Of a DNA stretch of 50,679 nt, positions 37,979-44,855 are shown in pieces. The number at the start of each line of letters is the position of its first letter. Position 1 is the stretch's first letter. This DNA is from a virus. Its lineage: Duplodnaviria; Caudoviricetes. Below the pieces are notes generated by a model. The model was not told the origin of the DNA and did no database searches. It saw only the letters and a program-made list of their open reading frames with translations. The translations under genes were made by a program, and so were the position numbers. Location of the stretch: positions 1 to 50,679 of the IMG/VR virus record IMGVR_UViG_3300032218_003909. The stretch is one strand, 5' to 3'.

Positions 37979-38494
37979 GCGACGCTTTTGCTCTTGGACT
38001 GGTCGAGTTTTGCCTGAGCCGGATGGAATCTGTTGGAAATTAGCAGGATCTTGAATATTACCTAATTGCTTAGCCATGCTTTTTTGTCTGTTTCTATTCT
38101 GCGTATCGCCTGTTCCCAGTGTGTGATGATTGAAGACGCCAAACAAATAAAACTTTCTAGGATTTTTACCCTCGAAACGATAAACCAATGATTCATCAGC
38201 GGACAAATGCGCTTTTCGTAAATCAGGGATTTGTTTGGTGTAATGCAGGCCGCTCAAAAAAGCTTTGTCATTAGAACCAAAAGACGCATCATATTTTTGC
38301 TGCTTCAGATCCATGAACTGTCTAATCTTGTCATGCAATCCTGGAAATTGCGCAATCGTTTCATCGTATATCGGGCTTTTAAAAAACACTGTATCGTTAA
38401 CTGATCCAGCATTTTCCATTAAGCTCCACGAATCTGCTTCGTGGATTGCTAGAATCTGTTCTAGCACTGTTTCTGTGAATTCTCTGAGTCTCAT
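37976..38494 (-). CDS. Putative RelE/YafQ-fold ribonuclease-like protein
   Basis: LRKAHLSADESLVYR...LFGVFNHH.L resembles YafQ R.CH...D.LLIY...GSH; N-terminal MRLREFTE. Confidence 0.55.
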   Translation of the reverse strand: MRLREFTETVLEQILAIHEADSWSLMENAGSVNDTVFFKSPIYDETIAQFPGLHDKIRQFMDLKQQKYDASFGSNDKAFLSGLHYTKQIPDLRKAHLSADESLVYRFEGKNPRKFYLFGVFNHHTLGTGDTQNRNRQKSMAKQLGNIQDPANFQQIPSGSGKTRPVQEQKRR

Positions 38495-38504
38495 TCACTG
38501 AATC

Positions 38505-39176
38505 TCATATTAACCCCCAAGACAATGGATCAGTGAGTACCAGTTGAACGCCGGTGGAAGTCCGACGAAACATAATGTTCTGATCATGAATATCTTGGTC
38601 AAAATAAGGAGTTAGTCTGTGTATCAAGATAGCAGCTTTTTGAAAGTTGGAATCTGTGATTTCAATTGTTTTGTTTCTGACTTTTACTTTTGTTTTAAGA
38701 GGATTTTGAATAAAAACATCAACTATATCAATCAAATCTTTTTTTTTGAATTTTTCACGTTCAAGCTGAGTTTGAGTTATTTTTTCCAGTACAGATATTA
38801 CTTCTTCAGTATTGAGATTTTGATAAGAATACAATTTTTCCATTGTAACTTCTAAATATCGTTTATTATTTTTTGTTTGAAATGCTTTGACATTGTATAT
38901 CTGCGGCAGATATGGATTCATTTTAGCTTGTTTAGCAAGACGACGTATTGCATCGATATATGCAAAATAACCGTCACTGTTCCATTTGTTATCACCTAAC
39001 TTACTAATTTTTTTGACTTTTTCAACATCACCGGGTTCAATAAATACACTACCAAAAGCGCCATGACCTAGTTCTACAGCGCCAGGTTTAGCCAATTGTT
39101 GTTTCTTTGCAGAATCAATTCCTATACCCGAACGGACTGTTAGATCACTGGCTTCTGTTATATCTGAAATTCTCAT
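38505..39176 (-). CDS. Protein-kinase-like enzyme
   Basis: LGHGAFGSVF, V.K, MEKL, DIHDQNIM, LTDP; TATAAATA at 39184-39191. Confidence 0.8.
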   Translation of the reverse strand: MRISDITEASDLTVRSGIGIDSAKKQQLAKPGAVELGHGAFGSVFIEPGDVEKVKKISKLGDNKWNSDGYFAYIDAIRRLAKQAKMNPYLPQIYNVKAFQTKNNKRYLEVTMEKLYSYQNLNTEEVISVLEKITQTQLEREKFKKKDLIDIVDVFIQNPLKTKVKVRNKTIEITDSNFQKAAILIHRLTPYFDQDIHDQNIMFRRTSTGVQLVLTDPLSWGLI

Positions 39177-39209
39177 GATTGTGTATTTATAACATAATGC
39201 GAGATTGTA

Positions 39210-39286
39210 TGGAGGAAGAGGTGGGTTTCGAACCGACGGATCCGTTAGGATCGCTGTTTGTCAAGACCAGAGCCATCAGCCACTCT
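39210..39286 (-). pseudogene. 5'-truncated, decayed tRNA-Ser(TGA)
   Basis: D-loop, CT-TGA-CA loop, long variable arm GATCC-TAAC-GGATC, TTCGAAA and CTCTTCC-T-CCA are present. The 5' acceptor strand is absent and stems have mismatches. Confidence 0.75.
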
Positions 39287-39289
39287 TAC

Positions 39290-39658
39290 TTATATATGCA
39301 GCAAACCTCGAGTTATTTCATTGATACTATAACTACGTGGCTGAAATAGATCTCGCATGAACTTCAGTGTTTTCTTAGGATCACAATCACCACACATGAA
39401 TACATCAATCGCAGCGTAGCCATACTCAGGCCATGTGTGAATACTCATATGACTCTCAGCTAACATAACCACGCCAGTGATACCGTTGCCCGGACCAAAA
39501 TGATGCCACTGATGATTCAACACCGTAGCACCAGCATACTCTGCTGCTGCGACAAACTGTTCTTCAATCTTGTCCAGATCTCCCAGTACTTCGGAACCTA
39601 TTTCAGTCCATAAATCCAATATCAAGTGGCGTCCACAGTAACGTATCGTATCAGGCAT
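39290..39658 (-). CDS. speD: S-adenosylmethionine decarboxylase proenzyme
   Basis: G.HLILD, GITG...LAESH.SIHTWPE.GYAAIDVF.CG. Confidence 0.95.
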   Translation of the reverse strand: MPDTIRYCGRHLILDLWTEIGSEVLGDLDKIEEQFVAAAEYAGATVLNHQWHHFGPGNGITGVVMLAESHMSIHTWPEYGYAAIDVFMCGDCDPKKTLKFMRDLFQPRSYSINEITRGLLHI

Positions 39659-39661
39659 AAT

Positions 39662-40024
39662 TTATTCTCTTTGTTGACTATCACCAGGGCGGATGCGGTA
39701 GTTATCTTCTACACTGTCCGGAGTACTAACCTCAATAATGGTGCCTTCCTCTATACAAAATACCTGATGTGGCAACAATGGCGGATTATGCCAGGTGCTG
39801 CCTGCGTTTAATATTTCTTCATGTTCAGAAGAATCTTTTGTATCAATCCATACTACTCGAAACATGCCATCAAGCACGTACCAGCTTTCGTCTTTTTCAC
39901 TGTGAAAATGCATGCTAAAACATGCACCTTTAGTGAACTTCATCATTTTTCCACAATATCGATCATTAGTAGCCCAGATTAATTCATGACCCCAGCCTTT
40001 TTTTACGAATCCTTCTAATCTCAT
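39662..40024 (-). CDS. Cupin (mannose-6-P isomerase-like)
   Basis: K.WG.E, SMHFH..KDE.WY, P...H, EVST. Confidence 0.85.
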   Translation of the reverse strand: MRLEGFVKKGWGHELIWATNDRYCGKMMKFTKGACFSMHFHSEKDESWYVLDGMFRVVWIDTKDSSEHEEILNAGSTWHNPPLLPHQVFCIEEGTIIEVSTPDSVEDNYRIRPGDSQQRE

Positions 40025-40752
40025 CTTATCTCTTCTAATGTTGGTGCGTATACGCCGACATGTTGAACTGTAACTGCTGAAGCTCGTATTGCAAAAGGTA
40101 TAGCTGTATAAATATCGCGATTCAACAGATAGTCATATGCTAATGCAGACAAAAACGTATCGCCTGCGCCAGTCACATCCACAATTTCAATTTCTTCTGC
40201 TGGCCATGTACTGTTCATATATCGTGCACCTTGATCGCCACTGGTCACGATCAATTCAGATGGGTAGCTTTTAGCTGCACGAAATTCTTTCGCATTGATT
40301 TTAACAATACATCCCTCAAGTCGGGACAGATCTGTTTTTTTCGTATCCACAAATATAGGACCAGCATATACTTGTCGTAATTGTTCAATCAAACCGTAAC
40401 TGACTGTGCCTTTATCATAATCAGAAATCACGATTGCTTCAAAATCCAGCGGCAGCAATTCTTCTATTTTTAATGATTCTGAAATATAATCTTCGTCAAC
40501 TCGCACAATATGCTGTCCACTGCGTTGGTCTATCAAGCGAGTTTTACGACTTGTTCCCTGACTGACAAACTTAACATAGACACCCAATGCTTCTAAATTA
40601 ATCTTGACATTAGCTGCCATACCCGGTCTGCTTTCCTCTTCTAGATAGCGAAACACTGGCACCGGTGCTTCTGGACTGATTCGATCTACAACACCATATC
40701 GATAGATATCAATACAGTTATCACCTATCAGTAATATGTTTAGTTTTTTCAT
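40021..40752 (-). CDS. rfaE: Heptose-7-phosphate kinase (HldE/RfaE kinase domain, PfkB)
   Basis: RISPEAPVPV, G.AANV..NL, SDYDKG, DVTGAGDT. Confidence 0.9.
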   Translation of the reverse strand: MKKLNILLIGDNCIDIYRYGVVDRISPEAPVPVFRYLEEESRPGMAANVKINLEALGVYVKFVSQGTSRKTRLIDQRSGQHIVRVDEDYISESLKIEELLPLDFEAIVISDYDKGTVSYGLIEQLRQVYAGPIFVDTKKTDLSRLEGCIVKINAKEFRAAKSYPSELIVTSGDQGARYMNSTWPAEEIEIVDVTGAGDTFLSALAYDYLLNRDIYTAIPFAIRASAVTVQHVGVYAPTLEEIR

Positions 40753-40796
40753 AGTACTATATATTCTTTTTTACCAATGTGTGAAATAAAAGCAGA

Positions 40797-41195
40797 TTAT
40801 GGTTTAGATTTTTGAGATAACTCTACATATCCCTGATATGTAGGATGAACTTTATCTTTTGATAAGTGTTCTATCTTCAAAACAGTATCTTGATTTTCAT
40901 AGGCTATATATTCAACAATGTCTTGGATTTGTAGTTTTATTGCAGGCAATATCCAGAATACTTTATTCGCGGAAATCTTGTTTCTGAGATTGGATAGTTC
41001 TACTTCAGTGTTAATACCTGATAGATCGTTTGAACCTAAACTGATTATTACAATATCAGACGGTTCAATTCTCTGCCCCCATCTGAGGTTCCAAGCATGA
41101 CTATTGATTCCACTTTTGACATAAGCAACGCATTCAGTACGTATTTGACTTATGCCGTACGCAATACTATCACCAAGAATAAGACACTCTAACAT
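40797..41195 (-). CDS. SGNH/GDSL hydrolase-like protein
   Basis: GDS, SLGSND, D.VHP...GY. Confidence 0.8.
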   Translation of the reverse strand: MLECLILGDSIAYGISQIRTECVAYVKSGINSHAWNLRWGQRIEPSDIVIISLGSNDLSGINTEVELSNLRNKISANKVFWILPAIKLQIQDIVEYIAYENQDTVLKIEHLSKDKVHPTYQGYVELSQKSKP

Positions 41196-41204
41196 ATCTT
41201 ACCT

Positions 41205-41345
41205 TTATACCAGCCATTGGTACATTGCTGTGCAAGTTCCGAGGCTAGGATTTTTTATTAGTCCTGAATCCATATATGTGTCATCAACATTGTTGGTCTT
41301 ATGTAATCCTATATAGATCTTGTCATTATAAATTGTATAGTGCAT
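41205..41345 (-). pseudogene. Remnant of a Seg-type GIY-YIG homing endonuclease
   Basis: MHYTIY-NDKIYIGLHKTNNVDDTYMDSG, 46 aa; internally deleted relative to the IY..TN..N.K.YIG.H....D.YMGSG pattern. Confidence 0.65.
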
Positions 41346-41398
41346 AAAAAGCTTCTACAATTACTTATAAGGTTCAAGTCTTGACTAAAATTTAAATG

Positions 41399-41470
41399 CC
41401 CGGCGTGCAGGAGTCGAACCTACATTCTGGGAGTAGAAATCCCATGTCCTATCCGTTGGACGAACGCCAG
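41399..41470 (-). tRNA. tRNA-Arg(TCT)
   Basis: CTGGCGT/ACGCCGG-G; TGGGA-TT-TCT-AC-TCCCA; no CCA. Confidence 0.9.
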
Positions 41471-41475
41471 AATCT

Positions 41476-41649
41476 TTATCGACCGACCTTTTCCAGAGCT
41501 TCCTTACGCATAAGGAAACGTCGAGGACTGTCAAGTTCATGTACAAAATAATATTCAACGCCATCAATGTATTTGGTGTCTTTCTTTACATCATCACAGA
41601 CGACTTGATCGCCAGTGAATCGATTACGAAACTTAGTTGGGTTTAGCAT
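41476..41649 (-). CDS. Small hypothetical protein (57 aa)
   Basis: MLNPTKFRNRFTGDQVVCDDVKKDTKYIDGVEYYFVHELDSPRRFLMRKEALEKVGR; AAGGAGA RBS. Confidence 0.8.
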   Translation of the reverse strand: MLNPTKFRNRFTGDQVVCDDVKKDTKYIDGVEYYFVHELDSPRRFLMRKEALEKVGR

Positions 41650-41733
41650 TGTTGTTCTCCTTTATTTAAAATGGTGTTTTCTGCTCAGCAATTATCCGAT
41701 TAGTCATAACCAATGTAATCTATGAAACAATAA

Positions 41734-41807
41734 TGGCAGGGTTATCTGGTTACGATCCAGATCCGAGAGTTTCAAAGACTCTAGTGCTACCAGTACACCA
41801 TAACCCT
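41734..41807 (-). tRNA. tRNA-Gln(TTG)
   Basis: AGGGTTA/TAACCCT-G-CCA; CT-TTG-AA; T-loop ATCGTAA. Confidence 0.9.
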
Positions 41808-41834
41808 ATATTCTTATATTGTAACTTTACTAAA

Positions 41835-41911
41835 TGGTCGGAGTAGCCAGATTCGAACTGACGACCCTCTGGTCCCAAACCAGATGCTCTACCAAACTGA
41901 GCTACACTCCG
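41835..41911 (-). tRNA. tRNA-Pro(TGG)
   Basis: Canonical cloverleaf, TT-TGG-GA, CCA. Confidence 0.95.
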
Positions 41912-41917
41912 AATAAA

Positions 41918-41993
41918 TGGTGGGTCGTGAGAGACTTGAACTCTCGACCACAGGATTAAAAGTCCCGTGCTCTACCAACTGAGCTAACGACCC
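41918..41993 (-). tRNA. tRNA-Lys(TTT)
   Basis: Canonical cloverleaf, CT-TTT-AA, CCA. Confidence 0.95.
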
Positions 41994-41998
41994 GTAAT

Positions 41999-42088
41999 TG
42001 GTGGATCCTGAAGGAGTTGAACCTAACTGCCAGCCGCCCTACATGTTTATGGCAACGGTTTTACAGACCGTCGTAGGGAACAGGATCC
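41999..42088 (-). ncRNA. tRNA-like RNA (GTA/Tyr anticodon) lacking a D-arm
   Basis: 8-bp acceptor GGATCCTG/CAGGATCC-A-CCA; anticodon arm GACGGT-CTGTAAA-ACCGTT; CCCTAC/GTAGGG pseudoknot; T-loop TTCAACT. Confidence 0.8.
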
Positions 42089-42111
42089 AATATCTATTTT
42101 TCTCAAAAAAT

Positions 42112-42201
42112 TGGCGGAATGACTGGGACTCGAACCCAGAAGACGAATCACTTCGTCCGACGGTTTAGCAAACCGCTCCAATACCATTATGGGACCATTC
42201 C
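42112..42201 (-). tRNA. tRNA-Ser(GCT)
   Basis: TT-GCT-AA, long variable arm GACGAA-GTGA-TTCGTC, G-CCA. Confidence 0.95.
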
Positions 42202-42206
42202 AATTT

Positions 42207-42282
42207 TGGGGTGTCATATGAGGATTGAACTCATGCTTCTGCAGTCACAACACAGTGTGCAAACCACTACACCAACAACACC
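42207..42282 (-). tRNA. tRNA-His(GTG)
   Basis: G-1:C73, TT-GTG-AC, CCA. Confidence 0.9.
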
Positions 42283-42288
42283 ATCGTT

Positions 42289-42331
42289 TGGCCTGGGAGC
42301 AAGGAATCGAACTCTCAATTCCGTGTTACAG
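42289..42331 (-). pseudogene. tRNA 3'-half fragment
   Basis: GAGAG-TTCGATT-CCTTG-CTCCCAG-G-CCA with no 5' half; abuts the CCA of tRNA-Leu. Confidence 0.7.
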
Positions 42332-42332
42332 C

Positions 42333-42409
42333 TGGTACGAGTGGTGGGATTCGAACCCACACTTTAGGGATTTTAAGTCCCTTATCTCTACCGATTGGAT
42401 TACACTCGC
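42333..42409 (-). tRNA. tRNA-Leu(TAA), short variable loop
   Basis: AGGGA-CT-TAA-AA-TCCCT, A-CCA, 77 nt. Confidence 0.92.
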
Positions 42410-42466
42410 ATTATACATGCTACCCACTGGTCAGGTAGTTATTTTTTTAACAATGATTTTTAAATA

Positions 42467-43162
42467 TCAACACATATTCCATTTTACCAAAAGCGGATCC
42501 TCTAACCCTAGTTCTGCGAAGCACTTGATTCTGAGCAAGCATGGATCACAATGACCACATGGCTGACCTGAGTCTGCAGGATCGTAGCAACTGCTGGTGT
42601 TGCTGTAGTCCATGCCCAGTGCGTTCCCGGTGCGAATAATATCTGTTTTTGTCATGTTCATCAATGGTGTGTGAATCTTTAATCTTTCACCTTCAAATCC
42701 AGCTCTGGTAGCCAGATTAGCCATGTTTTCATATGCTGCAATATATTCTGGGCGACAATCTGGGTATCGTGTCATGCCTTCAGGAGCATTGACACCAATG
42801 AAAATATCATTTGCATTTAATGTTTCTGCCCATGCCACAGCAAAACTCAAAAATACCGTGTTGCGGGCCGGCACATATGTCACTGGAATCACACTGACCA
42901 AATCAGGTGCCAGTTCATTTTTGGGCACTTCAATATCACTGGTCAGTGCAGATCCGCCGAATGCTCTTAAATCAATCTTTTGAATCACATGCTGTTCAAC
43001 ATTTGCTTGCTGAGCTAATGCGCGGGCACAATTTAATTCATGAGCGTGTCGTTGCCCGTAATCAAAACTCAGTGCGTACACTCGAAAATCCTGTGATGCC
43101 AAAGCCAGCATTGTTGCTGAGTCTAGTCCACCACTTAATAAGACTACTGCTGCGTTTTTCAT
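42467..43162 (-). CDS. queC: 7-cyano-7-deazaguanine synthase
   Basis: SGGLDS, YGQRH..E, TYVPARN, YPDCR, SCY, CGHCDPC. Confidence 0.95.
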   Translation of the reverse strand: MKNAAVVLLSGGLDSATMLALASQDFRVYALSFDYGQRHAHELNCARALAQQANVEQHVIQKIDLRAFGGSALTSDIEVPKNELAPDLVSVIPVTYVPARNTVFLSFAVAWAETLNANDIFIGVNAPEGMTRYPDCRPEYIAAYENMANLATRAGFEGERLKIHTPLMNMTKTDIIRTGNALGMDYSNTSSCYDPADSGQPCGHCDPCLLRIKCFAELGLEDPLLVKWNMC

Positions 43163-43176
43163 AATTTTCCTTGTAT

Positions 43177-43250
43177 TGGTGGCTCCAACGAGAATCGAAC
43201 TCGTAACTATCAGATATCAGCCGATTATTATACCATTTAACTACAGAGCA
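43177..43250 (-). tRNA. tRNA-Ile(GAT)
   Basis: ATCGG-CT-GAT-AT-CTGAT, TTCGATT, A-CCA; 1:72 mismatch. Confidence 0.85.
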
Positions 43251-43259
43251 ATTATAATA

Positions 43260-43348
43260 GATCTCCTAGTGCATGGTCAAGCGGAAAGTTGACCATGAGA
43301 CTGTAGACGCATTCCTACGCCTTCCGTGTCAGATTCATCTAGGAGATC
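43260..43348 (-). ncRNA. Unknown ~89-nt pseudoknotted RNA
   Basis: 10-bp closing stem, 9-bp hairpin CATGGTCAA/TTGACCATG, 7-bp loop-bulge pairing. Confidence 0.65.
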
Positions 43349-43354
43349 AAATCA

Positions 43355-43473
43355 ATAAAACATAGTATCCTGGGCATAAGATACTATGTTTTATAGACTT
43401 TACAAGATTCAAAAATCATAAACTAGTATCTAGGTGTATTTCATACTGAGTCGTCCAAGATACTAGGCTATGA
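43355..43473 (-). ncRNA. Two long hairpins sharing a TAGTATC/GATACTA core
   Basis: 15-bp perfect stem at 43355-43394; interrupted stem at 43416-43473. Confidence 0.55.
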
Positions 43474-43482
43474 AAAATTCTT

Positions 43483-43596
43483 CTGGGTTTTTACCACCAT
43501 TGCTGGCTTATCATCCCCCAGGCCGCCCACATTTGCGAGTTTTTATAGTGCTTCGCAGGATCGCGTTCCCTATTTGCACTTTCAGATACTATAAAC
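43483..43596 (-). ncRNA. Unknown pseudoknot plus GNRA-hairpin RNA
   Basis: AGTGC/GCACT, AGGG/TCCT, pseudoknot TGCGA/TCGCA via an A-rich linker; CTGGG/CCCAG encloses GCCA-GCAA-TGGT. Confidence 0.55.
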
Positions 43597-43597
43597 T

Positions 43598-43628
43598 AAA
43601 AACCCCAGGGTGTCTAGTCCTGGGGTTT
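43598..43628 (-). terminator. Intrinsic terminator (putative attenuator)
   Basis: AAACCCCAGG/CCTGGGGTTT stem with TTTTTAGTTT tail, ~160 nt after the promoter and ahead of the tRNA array. Confidence 0.85.
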
Positions 43629-43656
43629 CGATTCGGTATAATCTGTTGATTATATT

Positions 43657-43764
43657 CTAATCGAAACTGCCTCCTGGTTCACTAATATATAATGAACCAG
43701 GTTGACCCAACCAGGCTAATCCTAGTTCAATTTTTTTAACGATATGTTCATTTATTTGTTTCAT
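43657..43764 (-). CDS. Putative 35-aa leader peptide
   Basis: MKQINEHIVKKIELGLAWLGQPGSLYISEPGGSFD with AGGA RBS, between promoter and terminator. Confidence 0.6.
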   Translation of the reverse strand: MKQINEHIVKKIELGLAWLGQPGSLYISEPGGSFD

Positions 43765-43786
43765 GAATTTATTTATCCTATCGTAA

Positions 43787-43814
43787 ATTATACATGTTTT
43801 TTTGAGTTTGTCAA
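43787..43814 (-). promoter_or_regulatory. Sigma70 promoter of the tRNA operon
   Basis: TTGACA-N16-TATAAT; GATAAATA late-like box just downstream. Confidence 0.8.
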
Positions 43815-43849
43815 TCTTGAGCTTTGCCGTTTTTCTAGATAAATATCTG

Positions 43850-44851
43850 ATGCGATATCATGAAATTTTACCTGAAACCTCGGATATTCTGACTCTTAAC
43901 CCTGGCGAAACTAGGCCTGCTCCAATAGCTGCTCGACCAGAGGACCAAAATAAAGCACTGGATTTAGTAAGTCAAATCACAGACCTCAAGCAAGAACTAA
44001 AAAATCTAGCCAGACTGAGGGATGAGATGTATTACAAAACTGATAAATGGTTACGTGATAATCAATATCGTTATGAATCAGACACTGTAAAAAATTTTCA
44101 AAAAGAAATTGATGATATCTCAGCCAAGCATATAGCAACTTCCGATAAAATAGATTCACTATCTAAAGACTACACTTTTTTAATAAAAGGCTATGATGAT
44201 TCTGATGCTGGTGCACTAAGAGCTTACGAGCATCTTAAAAAACACTGCAGCGATTTCTTGAATAACTCCGCTCAGGCACAAAAACTGCTTTATCGCGGCC
44301 TTCAGAATTATCCTAGTTCATTCAGAGGTTTTTCTTTTATCGGTAGATCGTGGGATAAACGACACACCAAAGATACTCCCCGTCAGACACACGAAAAATT
44401 AAGTGCAGTAATGCGAGAAAATGGTTTTACTGCTACACGAGAAAACAGTATCATGTGCACATCTTCATATCCAACTGCTGAAGAATATGGTGAAGTTTAT
44501 ATGATATTTCCTATAAATGGATTCTCTTTTACTTGGAGTAGAACCTACGCTGACATGTTTACTGATTTATTTGATAAGCTTCCGTACTACCCTGCATACA
44601 GTGGCCACTGGAGTGCATTAATGAATCATTTTGATGATACCTACGGAGGAGCCCAAGGCGATGAACAACAAAAGCGCAGCATTGAGTCTAATTTTATCAA
44701 AAATGAATTGAAATTAAATCGCACTGACTTTCATGCAGCATTGCTGTCAGGGCATGAGATATATATTCACGGTCAATACTATGCGTTACACTTACGTGCT
44801 TATTGGCAATTAAATCAGCTACTCAAATCAAACTTTGGTGTAGGATATTGA
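43850..44851 (+). CDS. ADP-ribosyltransferase-like paralog 1
   Basis: LYRG...SIMCTSS...A..YG...HEIYI; ATG at 43850 after GATAAATA; N-terminal coiled coil. Confidence 0.6.
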   Translation: MRYHEILPETSDILTLNPGETRPAPIAARPEDQNKALDLVSQITDLKQELKNLARLRDEMYYKTDKWLRDNQYRYESDTVKNFQKEIDDISAKHIATSDKIDSLSKDYTFLIKGYDDSDAGALRAYEHLKKHCSDFLNNSAQAQKLLYRGLQNYPSSFRGFSFIGRSWDKRHTKDTPRQTHEKLSAVMRENGFTATRENSIMCTSSYPTAEEYGEVYMIFPINGFSFTWSRTYADMFTDLFDKLPYYPAYSGHWSALMNHFDDTYGGAQGDEQQKRSIESNFIKNELKLNRTDFHAALLSGHEIYIHGQYYALHLRAYWQLNQLLKSNFGVGY

Positions 44852-44855
44852 TTGT

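Noticed and set aside
41399-41470. Amber suppressor reading (CTA) of loop TTTCTAC
   Set aside because: The 5-bp stem fixes a 7-nt loop centred on TCT, so it is tRNA-Arg.
41672-41730. CCA-ending segment resembling a tRNA remnant
   Set aside because: Only a weak TGTTT/AAACA pairing; no T-loop or anticodon arm.
41385-42554. Track ORFs 41385..41567, 42119..42367, 42225..42554 (also 34561..34761)
   Set aside because: They overlap tRNA genes or a better ORF with an RBS; spurious.
41399-43250. Theta (HDV-like) ribozymes at tRNA 3' ends
   Set aside because: 3' trailers are short AT-rich spacers without the nested double pseudoknot.
43483-43596. Firm call as a preQ1 riboswitch for queC
   Set aside because: About 320 nt and a tRNA separate it from queC, and the conserved ligand-binding bases are not evident; kept as an unknown RNA.
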